DNA of 64,000 bases from Rhodospirillales bacterium (GCA_030745835.1 JASLNU010000077.1:4521-68520), one strand, 5' to 3'; shown: positions 19,549-28,653, counted from the first letter of the stretch. The notes: a model not told the origin generated them from the letters alone. A program made the numbers and translations.

Positions 19549-20106
19549 ATGGATTGGGACCGATTTGATAAAGCCCTATTTCGTTGCCTAAACGACATAG
19601 AGATTGTGAAAGCGCAGAGAACGGCGCACCAGGTGTTAAGGAAAACGGTTTCTAATTCGCGTGATGTTCGCTCTGGTTTTCCAGGTCTTGTAAATGCAGC
19701 ATTTAGTTTTTCGACTCAAGGGGTATTAGCTTTAATTTTGGAAAAACAAACTACGAAGGGACGGTCTGGATTTTGGTGGGTTCACCGTGAAGCGTTAAAT
19801 CACGTTTCCGGATATTCACCTGAACAGGAAGATATCGACTTTCTCAATGAATTTTCCTCAGCGATTAAGGTGTTAAGAGATAAATCCTTGTTTCACATTA
19901 GTGAAATTACGCTCCACGACCCGAAGACATTTCGGCAAAATACCGGTCTTACCTACAGAAAGATGGACAAAGCGATTTCAGTTTCGTTGGCCACGATGCG
20001 TGAAATTTTGAAACTTCGCCGTGGCTCAACCACCTGGAGTTCTGGAACTCTTGATGTAGCCACACTCCATTATGATGGCTCGGACATCCCAAGCATTTTT
20101 GACTAA
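19549..20106 (+). CDS. Hypothetical protein with an R-x5-H (HEPN-like) motif
   Basis: 185 aa and AT-rich, with GGAGGG 7 nt upstream of the ATG, lying 51 nt downstream of the GIY-YIG gene. The motif LRDKSLFH (R110...H116) resembles the R[ND]xxxxH HEPN signature. I recognise no other family features. Confidence 0.5.
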   Translation: MDWDRFDKALFRCLNDIEIVKAQRTAHQVLRKTVSNSRDVRSGFPGLVNAAFSFSTQGVLALILEKQTTKGRSGFWWVHREALNHVSGYSPEQEDIDFLNEFSSAIKVLRDKSLFHISEITLHDPKTFRQNTGLTYRKMDKAISVSLATMREILKLRRGSTTWSSGTLDVATLHYDGSDIPSIFD

Positions 20107-20298
20107 ATAGTCTTAGATTTATATTCGATTAGAACGTTGTATATATTTCATTTCGAGCTTGAAAATTGTTAGGTTTAAGAAGGAGTGGAGATACTGACAG
20201 AGTGGAAAGATGTCAGATAACTTGAGCCCCGAAATTGATGGTCAAAAGCGATATAAAATTCTTTTAGAGCACTATAGATGGGAACAATCGTCCTTTTA

Positions 20299-20327
20299 GA
20301 GCATAGGGGTCATGAGCATAGGGGTCA
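20299..20327. repeat. Tandem direct repeat GAGCATAGGGGTCA x2 (15-bp period)
   Basis: Copies at 20299-20312 and 20314-20327. CTTTTAGAGCA also occurs twice (20261, 20293). Confidence 0.5.
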
Positions 20328-20434
20328 GGTCTTGAATCGTGAATTTGCCTTCCTCCACGCTTCGACAATCTTGCTGCCGGAACGTGCCTTATTAACGCTG
20401 TGAGTTGTCAAGTCCGATCCCCGCATGAACTGAG

Positions 20435-20519
20435 TTCCGAGTCTAGCCGGACGGCCAATCGGCCAACCATGCCATCCCCGATTGGCCTGCTCCCGTGGGC
20501 CAACCCCATGCGGGCTGCT
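20435..20519 (-). repeat. Intergenic repeat family, copy 4 (long form, inverted; right bracket of the low-GC cassette)
   Basis: The reverse complement reads AGCAGCCCGCATGGGGTTGGCCCACGGGAGCAGGCCAATCGGGGATGGCATGGTTGGCCGATTGGCCGTCCGGCTAGACTCGGAA. It is near-identical to 38599-38687 and abuts or overlaps the glcB stop codon. Confidence 0.6.
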
Positions 20520-22692
20520 ACCCTGCTGCCGCCTTGGCCTCCCGCCGCCTTGCGTGCAGGATCGGTTCGGTGTAGCCGTTGGGCTGCTGCAAGCCCTTGA
20601 ACACCAGATCGGTGGCCGCCTGGAAGCCGACCGAGGCGCCGAAATCGGGGGCCATGGGACGGTAACCCGGATCGCCGGAATTCTGCCGGTCGACGACGGC
20701 GGCCATGCGCTGCATGGTCTCGGTCACCTGATCTTCGGTGCAAATGCCATGATGCAGCCAGTTGGCGATATGCTGGCTGGAGATACGTAAGGTGGCGCGG
20801 TCTTCCATCAGGCCGACATCGTTGATATCGGGCACCTTGGAACAGCCGACGCCCTGTTCGACCCAGCGGATGACGTAACCCAAAATGCCCTGCGCGTTGT
20901 TGTCCAATTCTTCCTGGATTTCCTGCTCCGACAGATTGGCGCCGCCCAAAAGCGGGATGGTCAGGATATCGTCGATATCGGCGCGCGGCCGATCCATCAA
21001 TTCATCCTGGCGCGCGGCGACGTCAACCTGGTGGTAGTGGATGGCGTGCAGGGTCGCCGCCGTCGGCGACGGCACCCAGGCGGTGTTGGCGCCGGCCATC
21101 GGGTGGCCTTGCTTGGCGTCCATCATCTGCTTCATTTCATCGGGCATCGCCCACATGCCCTTGCCGATCTGGGCGACCCCCTTGAAACCGGTCTCCAACC
21201 CGACATCGACGTTCCAATCTTCGTAAGCCGCGATCCAGGGTTCGCCCTTGATGACGTTTTTGCGCAGGAACGAACCGGCCTCCATGCTGGTATGGATTTC
21301 ATCGCCGGTGCGGTCGAGGAAACCGGTATTGATGAAGACCACGCGCTCGGCGACGGCACGCACGCATTCCTTGAGGTTGAGCGTGGTCCGCCGTTCCTCG
21401 TCCATGATGCCGATCTTCATGGTGTTCGGTTGAAGCCCCAGCGCCGTTTCGACGCGGCCGAAGATTTCCGCCGTGAAGGCGGCTTCCTCGGGGCCGTGCA
21501 TCTTGGGCTTGACCACATAGATGCTGCCCGAGCGGCTGTTCCGGTATTTGCCGCCGGCTTTCAGATCGTGGATGCAGATCAGGCCGGTCAGCATGGCGTC
21601 GAGCATGCCTTCCGGCACCTCGCCGCCGCCACTGGTCTCGACCGCGTCGGTATACATGTGGTGCCCGACATTGCGGATCAGAAGCAAACTGCGGCCAGGC
21701 AGGGTAAGGCCGCCGCCATCCGGCGCCGTGTATTCCCGGTCCGCTTCCAGGCGGCGGGTCATCATGGCGCCGCCTTTCTCGAAGCTATCCTCGAGATCGC
21801 CTTTCATCAGGCCGAGGAGGTTGCCATAGGCGAGCGCCTTGTCCTCGGCATCGACCGCCGAGATCGAATCCTCGAGATCCTGGATGGTGGTGATCGCCGC
21901 CTCGAGCGCGATATCCTTGACGCCGGCGGCGTGGTCCTTGCCGATCGCGTCGGTAGCATCGATCTGAATTTCGATGTGCAGGCCGTGATGGCGGAGAAGG
22001 ATCGCCGACGGCGCGCCCGCATCGCCAACATGGCCGGCGAACTGGTCCGCCGCCGCGAGCCCGGTTTCGCCGCCGCCGCCGAGGCTTACCGACAAGGCGC
22101 CGCCAACCACCGCGTAGCCGGCGGCGTCCCGGTGGCTGCCCTGGGCCAAGGGCACGGCCTGATCGAGAAAATCGGCGGCGAATTCGATCACACGGGCGCC
22201 GCGCACCGGGTTGTAGGCGCCGGCCCTTTCCGCGCCGCCGTCTTCGGAAATCACGTCGGTGCCGTAAAGGGCGTCATAAAGGCTGCCCCACCTGGCGTTG
22301 GCGGCGTTGAGGGCGAAACGGGCATTGGTCACCGGCACCACCAGCTGCGCCCCGGCGATGCTGGCGATTTCGGCATCGACATTCGCTGTCGTTACCTTGA
22401 AATCGCCGCCCTCGGGCAACAGATAGCCGATATCGGCGAGGAATTGCTTGTAGGCGGCGGCGTCATGGGGCTGGCCCCTGCGCTCCTGGTGCCAGGCATC
22501 GATCTTAGCTTGCAGATCGTCGCGTTTGTCCATCAGCGCCTTGTTTTTCGGCGCCAGATCGCCGACCATCTCTTCGAACGATGCCCAAAACGCATCCGCG
22601 TCGATGCCGGTGCCCGGCGCGATATCATCGGCGACCAGATCGGCGAGATTTTTGGCGATGGAAAGGCCGCCCTTTTGCACCCGTTCGGTCAT
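20518..22692 (-). CDS. glcB: Malate synthase G
   Basis: 724 aa. The N-terminus [36 protein letters not shown] and overall collinearity with GlcB support the call. Confidence 0.95.
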   Translation of the reverse strand: MTERVQKGGLSIAKNLADLVADDIAPGTGIDADAFWASFEEMVGDLAPKNKALMDKRDDLQAKIDAWHQERRGQPHDAAAYKQFLADIGYLLPEGGDFKVTTANVDAEIASIAGAQLVVPVTNARFALNAANARWGSLYDALYGTDVISEDGGAERAGAYNPVRGARVIEFAADFLDQAVPLAQGSHRDAAGYAVVGGALSVSLGGGGETGLAAADQFAGHVGDAGAPSAILLRHHGLHIEIQIDATDAIGKDHAAGVKDIALEAAITTIQDLEDSISAVDAEDKALAYGNLLGLMKGDLEDSFEKGGAMMTRRLEADREYTAPDGGGLTLPGRSLLLIRNVGHHMYTDAVETSGGGEVPEGMLDAMLTGLICIHDLKAGGKYRNSRSGSIYVVKPKMHGPEEAAFTAEIFGRVETALGLQPNTMKIGIMDEERRTTLNLKECVRAVAERVVFINTGFLDRTGDEIHTSMEAGSFLRKNVIKGEPWIAAYEDWNVDVGLETGFKGVAQIGKGMWAMPDEMKQMMDAKQGHPMAGANTAWVPSPTAATLHAIHYHQVDVAARQDELMDRPRADIDDILTIPLLGGANLSEQEIQEELDNNAQGILGYVIRWVEQGVGCSKVPDINDVGLMEDRATLRISSQHIANWLHHGICTEDQVTETMQRMAAVVDRQNSGDPGYRPMAPDFGASVGFQAATDLVFKGLQQPNGYTEPILHARRREAKAAAG

Positions 22693-22721
22693 AATGATCT
22701 CTCCAACTCAATTCCTAATGT

Positions 22722-23366
22722 TCATTGCGCGGCCAGGGCGTTAGCACCCACCAGCTTGATGATTTCATCGCCGCTGGTGACGGTACCGATGGCATAGTCC
22801 ACCGTCTTCAGCGTCGCGTCGTGCAGGGTTTGCTCGCCGCCGACGCATTCCTCGGGCACGACGATATAATAGCCGTTGAAAAAGCCGTCGCGGATGGTCG
22901 AATCGACGCAGATGTTGGTGGCAACGCCGGTCACCACCAGCGTCTTGACGCCGTGGCCGCGCAGGTAATCGTCGAGCCTGGTGCCGTGAAAAGCGCTGAA
23001 ACGGTGTTTCTGGATGACGATCTCGCCGTCACCCGGCGACATTTCGTAGAAATCGGCCCCCCAGGTGCCCTCGGCACAGAGAACGCCTTCATTGCTCCGG
23101 TGTTGGATTTTGGCCAGGTGACTGTCGGACAGATATTTATGGTCGTAGATGGCAACGATCCAGACCACGGTCATGCCGGTTTCGCGGGCCAGATCGACCA
23201 GACGGTTGATGTTGTCGGCAATCACCTTATTGGGGCTCATATCCAAGCCGCGCGTCCGGTGCAGGTATCCTCCCTCGGCACAGAAATCGTTCTGCATGTC
23301 GACCACCAGCAGCGCCGTATGGTCGGGTTTGAGCTGGTCTTCCAGCTCCGAAAGAATGCTGCGCAT
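22722..23366 (-). CDS. Isochorismatase-family cysteine hydrolase
   Basis: 214 aa: TALLVVDMQNDFC..., VTGVATNICVDST (catalytic Cys). Confidence 0.85.
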   Translation of the reverse strand: MRSILSELEDQLKPDHTALLVVDMQNDFCAEGGYLHRTRGLDMSPNKVIADNINRLVDLARETGMTVVWIVAIYDHKYLSDSHLAKIQHRSNEGVLCAEGTWGADFYEMSPGDGEIVIQKHRFSAFHGTRLDDYLRGHGVKTLVVTGVATNICVDSTIRDGFFNGYYIVVPEECVGGEQTLHDATLKTVDYAIGTVTSGDEIIKLVGANALAAQ

Positions 23367-23479
23367 GTGCCGGTCACTCCCTAATCCTTCAGCGGCTAAG
23401 CCTAGCCGATGGGGATTGTGGAGTCACGCCATCCGGGTCATTCTGACGCCCAAGAAGCCGATAAATATTGAGGAGGGCA

Positions 23480-24379
23480 ATGATGCCGGACACGACATCG
23501 GATATCGTCTATCAAGGCTACACGGCGGAGCAGCTGTCGGCGAATATGGCGGTCCATAAAAGCGTTGAAAATCTGGGTGCCTATATGAAGGAATCGGCTG
23601 AGCTGGCGGCCGAGGCCCGCACCAAAGTTTCCGGCGTATTCGACATCGCCTATGGGGTTGGCGATTTACAGAAATTGGATATCTACGCACCGGAAGGCGC
23701 CTCTGGGGGCAATGGGCGGGCGCCGGTGCTGATCGATATCCACGGCGGCGGCTGGACCCAGGGCACCAAGCAAACCCGCAGCCTTCCGGCGCCCGCAATC
23801 GTCGGGCGCGGCGTCATCTGGGTGCCCATCGATTACGGCCTGGCGCCGGGTCACGGCATGGCGGAGATCGTCGATCATATACGCCAGGCGGTTGCCTGGG
23901 TGCATGGCAATATCGCCGATTTTGGCGGCGATGCGGAGCGCCTGTTCGTGTCCGGCAATTCCGCCGGCGGCCATTTGACCGGAACCACGGTGATGCCCGG
24001 CTGGCATGATCGCTATGGTATTCCCGAAGACGCGGTCAAGGGCGCCTGCGCCCTGTCCGGGGTGTTCGATCTGGAAGCCCTGGTGCGCGCCGCCAAGGGT
24101 CCCAACGAAGCCTTGAACATGGATCTGGAAACCGCGCACGCCCTGAGCCCGATCCGCCATTTACCCGCCGCCGCGGGGCCGCTGATCATTGGCTATGGCG
24201 AGCCGGAACTGGACGAGTTTAAGCGTCAATCGAGCAGCTTCGCCGCCGCTTGGGCCGACGCCGGCCTCGATGTCACCGAGATCCAGGTCCCCGGCGCCCA
24301 CCACTTCGCCATGTCACGGCAACTGGCCGACGCGAGCGGTGAATTGCATCAAGCGGTGATGGATATGATAGGTGTCTAA
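23480..24379 (+). CDS. Alpha/beta hydrolase (esterase/arylformamidase-like, fold-3)
   Basis: IDIHGGGWTQG oxyanion motif and the GNSAGGHL nucleophile elbow. I chose the ATG at 23480, 4 nt after AGGAGG. The track start is a TTG at 23468. Confidence 0.8.
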   Translation: MMPDTTSDIVYQGYTAEQLSANMAVHKSVENLGAYMKESAELAAEARTKVSGVFDIAYGVGDLQKLDIYAPEGASGGNGRAPVLIDIHGGGWTQGTKQTRSLPAPAIVGRGVIWVPIDYGLAPGHGMAEIVDHIRQAVAWVHGNIADFGGDAERLFVSGNSAGGHLTGTTVMPGWHDRYGIPEDAVKGACALSGVFDLEALVRAAKGPNEALNMDLETAHALSPIRHLPAAAGPLIIGYGEPELDEFKRQSSSFAAAWADAGLDVTEIQVPGAHHFAMSRQLADASGELHQAVMDMIGV

Positions 24380-24399
24380 ACAGGCTTCCGAGCAGGGTT

Positions 24400-26391
24400 T
24401 CAGGACTCCACCGAGGTCGAGGCCGAATCCCGCATCCTTTGCACCATCATGCCCACGAGGCGGCGCAGGACCGGATCGAATTTCTGCAGCCGGTCCATTC
24501 TGATCTTCAATTCCTTACTGGGAATGACCGTAACCGCTGTCTTGGACGCGGCGCGGACGGTGGCCATGCGCGGCTCGGAATCGATCAGCGCCATTTCACC
24601 GATGATCGCTCCCTGCCCGACATGTGCGATAACCACTTGGGCGTCACCCGCTTTCTTTAAGATATCGACATTGCCGGTCAGGATCAGGTAGGCGGCGTCG
24701 CCGGGCTCGCCCTCGCGGAATATGATATCGCCCTCGTCATATTCCAGGCGGGCCAGGGGTTCGTCGGAAACGCCCTTGGCGTCTTTCTTGCCTTCGGGCA
24801 CCGGACCCTCGCCATTTGCGGGGTCTTTTTCTTGGTCATTTTCTGGGGCTTTTTCGGGATCGGCGACCTTTTTCACCTTGGCATCATCCTTGGCCGCCGG
24901 AGAAATCGAAGTTTTGCCGTCGTTTTGCTGATGGCTGATAAGGAGGTCGTATATCCGCTTGCCAAAGCGCTGGCGCCACTCTTCCGGCAGCCCGGTCTTC
25001 AACAGGCGGTCGCGGATTCCGGCGGCGGCGGTGATGATTTCTTCCTGGCTGGCGCCATATTCGACCAGTTGCACGACCGAGGTGACGCCGGCCAGAAGAT
25101 TGGCCAGGCAGGCAATGATATGGTCCTGCGACTTGGCGCCGAAATCGGTTCCGCACAAATCGAGAAGATAGCCGAGCTTGGTGGCGATCGCCGGAAGTAG
25201 GGAGATCATGCTGTCGATGGCATTTTCCGAACTTTCGTCCTCGTACTCATCGCGCAGCACGCTTTTCGCGCGCAAGGTGGCGGCTTCGCACAATGGCCCT
25301 GAGTTGGCGAAAAGCTTGTTGCCGATCATGTGCTTGATCAGTTCGCGAAAAGCATCCTGTTCGTCCTCGCGGGCGCCCTTGGTCAAGAGCGCGATGCCCG
25401 ACAAGGAGCGGCCGACCCGTTCCATCAGCACCATTTGCGTCCACGGCATGGCGTTTCGGCCCATCAGCGCGCTCAGCCGTTCGAGGGGGGCGCTGGTATC
25501 CTCGCTGATCGAATAGGTGCCGGCGCAAATCTGCACCATGGTTTGCAAGGCGCTGGCCAGATTACGCTGAAATCCAAGAATTTCCTGCGCCGCTTCGGAA
25601 CTGTCGAGGACTTCCGCAATGGCTTCGTCCAGGAGGGCCAGGGCGGCGGCATCTTTTGCTTTTTCGGCAAGCTCGACCGACGCCATGAGCTTTCCTTCCC
25701 AGTCGGCGGAGCGGGAAATTTGCCTGGCGAGGGCGCCGCGGATGATGTAGTCGCGGACACCGGCATCTTTTTCCTTGGCGGCGGCTTCGATAACCTTCTT
25801 GATGCCGCCTTCCTTGAACATTTTCTGGTAGCTGTCCAAATCCTTGATGGTTTCGGCGCGTGCCACCATTTGGCCGGCCATCTTGTCCAGAAAGTCCATG
25901 CACTCGAGGGATTTTTTTCCGGTCTTTTTTACCCAGATACCACCGATGCACTGTAGTGCCTGGTTGCATAGATCGTCGTTGCGCTTGAGGGTCCGGATAT
26001 TGGTGTGATCGTGGATCAGTTCGATCGGCGTCAGGCCCTGTTCATCCAAATATGGGCGGAACAAACGGCCCATCAGAAGGCGCGCCTCGATGCCGTAAAA
26101 ATCGTCAAGTTTCTCGCAAACCGGAGAATCATCCACCGGCGTGATGGTAACCGCCTTGTCGCCGCGGTTGCCGGCCTCTTCATGCCAGACCAATATTTCC
26201 TTGGTCTGGCCGCGATCCTCGGTCACCTTGGCGGCGTCGAACTTGCCGCTGGCCAAGAGGTTTTGGCCTTCCTCGATGGCACGCAGTTTCGAGGCCGCAT
26301 CGGTATATATGGTCCAGCGACCGTCTTCCTGAACATGAATTTCGTATCTGACGTCGAAACCCTCGGGCACCCTAATCTCCTCAGCCACCAA
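24400..26391 (-). CDS. Cyclic-nucleotide-binding domain protein with a large unassigned N-terminal region
   Basis: 663 aa. The C-terminal ~120 aa is a cNMP-binding domain (DIIFREGEPGDAAYLILTGNVDI...GAIIGEMALID..PRMATVRA). It is preceded by a Lys/Asp/Glu/Pro-rich linker and about 500 aa of mostly helical sequence that I cannot assign. Confidence 0.75.
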   Translation of the reverse strand: MVAEEIRVPEGFDVRYEIHVQEDGRWTIYTDAASKLRAIEEGQNLLASGKFDAAKVTEDRGQTKEILVWHEEAGNRGDKAVTITPVDDSPVCEKLDDFYGIEARLLMGRLFRPYLDEQGLTPIELIHDHTNIRTLKRNDDLCNQALQCIGGIWVKKTGKKSLECMDFLDKMAGQMVARAETIKDLDSYQKMFKEGGIKKVIEAAAKEKDAGVRDYIIRGALARQISRSADWEGKLMASVELAEKAKDAAALALLDEAIAEVLDSSEAAQEILGFQRNLASALQTMVQICAGTYSISEDTSAPLERLSALMGRNAMPWTQMVLMERVGRSLSGIALLTKGAREDEQDAFRELIKHMIGNKLFANSGPLCEAATLRAKSVLRDEYEDESSENAIDSMISLLPAIATKLGYLLDLCGTDFGAKSQDHIIACLANLLAGVTSVVQLVEYGASQEEIITAAAGIRDRLLKTGLPEEWRQRFGKRIYDLLISHQQNDGKTSISPAAKDDAKVKKVADPEKAPENDQEKDPANGEGPVPEGKKDAKGVSDEPLARLEYDEGDIIFREGEPGDAAYLILTGNVDILKKAGDAQVVIAHVGQGAIIGEMALIDSEPRMATVRAASKTAVTVIPSKELKIRMDRLQKFDPVLRRLVGMMVQRMRDSASTSVES

Positions 26392-26597
26392 ATTATTTAT
26401 TTAATGTTTATAGCGGAAAATCATTTCCCTATAATGAACTAGCGTCAACTATAAATGATAACTGGTAATTCTACTTACAATAGGTTACGCGGCCAAAACC
26501 TACGCCACGAAAAACCGCTAGGGCGAAGCGGAACCTTTTGCGCGCACCGAATGCACGGCAATAAAATCCACTCCCGGGTCAAAGATTGGAAACGCCA

Positions 26598-27494
26598 ATG
26601 AACACCTTGCCGAAAATAGGATGGATCGGCCTCGGCAAAATGGGCCTTCCGATGGCCGGCCAACTGGCCGGCGCCGGATATCCGCTTACCGTTTTTAATC
26701 GGACGGCGGCCAAATGTGCACCGCTGACGGAACGCGGCGCCGAAGCCGCGGAGACGGTTGCCGCCGCCGCATCGGGCGCCGGCATCGTCATCTCGATGGT
26801 GTCCGACGATACCGCCCTCGAAGCGGTGGCGCTGGGCGCCGACGGCATATTCGCCAATGCGGAACAAGGAACGCCGTTCATCGATATGAGCACGGTTTCG
26901 CCGGCGATATCGGCGAACATCGCCGCGGCCGCGGCCGAAGCCGGCCTTCCCTACCTCAGGGCGCCGGTCAGCGGCTCGGTGGCGGTGGCCGAGCAAGGCG
27001 CGCTGGTGATCCTGGCATCGGGGCCGGAATCGGCGTTCGAGCAATGCCGGCCGGTCTTCGAGACGATCGGCGGCAAGATATTCTACATCGGCGGCGACGA
27101 TCAGGCGCGCTATCTGAAGCTCAGCATCAACATCATGGTCGGCATCACCTCGATGATGATGGGCGAGGCGCTGGCCTTCGGCGAAAGCGGCGGCCTCGAT
27201 TGGCGGCAGATGATCGATATCATCGCCGCCAGCGCGGTCGGCGCGCCGGTCATCCAATACAAGCTGGAGACCCTCAAGAACCGGGATTTTGCGCCTGCCT
27301 TCACGGCGCGGCAGATGGCCAAGGATTTTGACCTGGCCCTAAGCACGGCGAACGCGGCAAACCTGCCGCTGCCGATCACCGCCCTGGTGCGCCAGCATTG
27401 GAGCGCCATGATCGGCAGCGGACACGGCGAAAGGGATTACTTTGCCTATGTGGAGATGTTGGAGGAGATGGCCGGCCTGAAACCAAAAACATGA
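26598..27494 (+). CDS. NAD(P)-dependent oxidoreductase, 3-hydroxyisobutyrate/6-phosphogluconate dehydrogenase-like
   Basis: Rossmann motif IGWIGLGKMGLPMAGQL and the ...KDFDLAL... motif of the HIBADH family. Confidence 0.85.
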   Translation: MNTLPKIGWIGLGKMGLPMAGQLAGAGYPLTVFNRTAAKCAPLTERGAEAAETVAAAASGAGIVISMVSDDTALEAVALGADGIFANAEQGTPFIDMSTVSPAISANIAAAAAEAGLPYLRAPVSGSVAVAEQGALVILASGPESAFEQCRPVFETIGGKIFYIGGDDQARYLKLSINIMVGITSMMMGEALAFGESGGLDWRQMIDIIAASAVGAPVIQYKLETLKNRDFAPAFTARQMAKDFDLALSTANAANLPLPITALVRQHWSAMIGSGHGERDYFAYVEMLEEMAGLKPKT

Positions 27495-27598
27495 CGAAAA
27501 TGGCCGAAATCGAGATCATATAGTCGATTAGGGAGCAGTCTCCAGAAGCCTGAAATACCGTCAGGAATCCGGCCGCCTCTTGAATTGCGGCAATAAAT

Positions 27599-27621
27599 CG
27601 CCTATTATCAATTGATAGGCG
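27599..27621. promoter_or_regulatory. Imperfect palindrome CGCCTAT-TATCAATTG-ATAGGCG upstream of the flagellin gene
   Basis: 7-bp arms with an inner CAATTG, about 90 bp upstream of the start at 27712. Its function is unknown. Confidence 0.25.
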
Positions 27622-27711
27622 TGCTGTTCGATCAGAATGACCGTTCCGCGCCGGTCCGGGCCAGAATGGCGCCGGACAATCGCAGAAACGCGAAGACGGA
27701 GAAACCGTTAA

Positions 27712-28530
27712 ATGGTTACCGCCATTAATCTATCGGCGGCGACGGCTACCAACCTGCTGGCGCTGCAGCGGACCACGGATGCGATCGCCAGGACGCAGGA
27801 GCGTCTTGCGACTGGTTTGAAAGTCAATTCCGCGATCGACAATTCGGTTGCATTTTTCGATGCGGCGACGCTGAGCGGGCGGGCAACCGACCTGCAACTC
27901 CTTAAAAATGATGTGGATCAGGCGGTCAGCACCGTGCAAACGGCGGTCGACGGCATCGAGGCGATCGAGGATATCGTCGAGGAAATGAAAGGGCTGGCAC
28001 TCAGCGCGAAAAGCGATTCAAGCTCCACCAACCGGTCCAAGGCCGCCGTCCAATTCAACGATCTCAGATCGCAGCTCGACAACCTGGCCAATGATTCCAT
28101 CTACAAGGGCACCAACCTCTTAACCGGTTCACCGGCAAACCTGAAGGTCACCTTCAGCGAGGACGGGTCTTCGACCCTGACCGTTTCCGGCATCGCTTCC
28201 GATTCCTCGGCCCTGTCGATCACCACCGCCGCATCCGACTGGACCGCCGACACCAATGTCGATTTCGCCATCAACGATCTGGACAGCGCCTTGACCACGC
28301 TGAGGTCCAGCGCCCTGACCTTGGGCTCGAACGCCGACGTCATTTCCTTGCGCCTCGATTTCGCCGACACGCTGATCACCACCCTCGAAAAAGGCGCCGG
28401 CAAGTACATCAATGCCGATCTGAACGCGGAATCGGCAAACCTGCTGACGCTCCAGACCCGGCTGCAACTGGGCACCATCGGGCTCTCGATCGCCCAGCAA
28501 AGCGAACAGGCGGTCTTCAAGCTGTTCTAG
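27712..28530 (+). CDS. Flagellin (short, Caulobacter-type)
   Basis: 272 aa. It has a conserved N-terminal (LLALQRT...RLATGLKVNSAIDN) and C-terminal (ADLNAESANLLTLQTRLQLGTIGLSIAQQSEQAVFKLF) flagellin D0/D1 signature. Confidence 0.85.
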   Translation: MVTAINLSAATATNLLALQRTTDAIARTQERLATGLKVNSAIDNSVAFFDAATLSGRATDLQLLKNDVDQAVSTVQTAVDGIEAIEDIVEEMKGLALSAKSDSSSTNRSKAAVQFNDLRSQLDNLANDSIYKGTNLLTGSPANLKVTFSEDGSSTLTVSGIASDSSALSITTAASDWTADTNVDFAINDLDSALTTLRSSALTLGSNADVISLRLDFADTLITTLEKGAGKYINADLNAESANLLTLQTRLQLGTIGLSIAQQSEQAVFKLF

Positions 28531-28534
28531 CGCA

Positions 28535-28550
28535 TTATCCGGCCGGATAA
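28535..28550. terminator. Perfect 16-bp palindrome TTATCCGGCCGGATAA just after the flagellin stop
   Basis: It starts 5 nt after the stop codon and has no T-tract, so it could be a weak terminator or a protein site. Confidence 0.25.
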
Positions 28551-28653
28551 ACCACGCCGGAACGGGCGGGGGCCCTTCAATCGGCCGCACCCGGGTGCTA
28601 GACTGGCCGCCGCGCGAAGCGCAAACTGTAATTCGAACGGGTTGCCAAGGGGG

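Noticed and set aside
21031-22797. 588-aa plus-strand ORF antisense to glcB
   Set aside because: It is a shadow ORF with Arg/Gly/Ala-rich composition. Malate synthase G on the other strand is full length.
26475-27257. 260-aa minus-strand ORF overlapping the HIBADH-like gene
   Set aside because: It is an Arg/Gly/His-rich antisense shadow. The plus-strand product has a clean Rossmann motif.
27594-27621. Sigma-28-type flagellin promoter (TAAA...GATA) upstream of the flagellin gene
   Set aside because: Only TAAA and GATA match. The spacing is about 13 nt rather than 15, and the -10 half (GCCGATAA) is poorly matched. That is insufficient to call a promoter.
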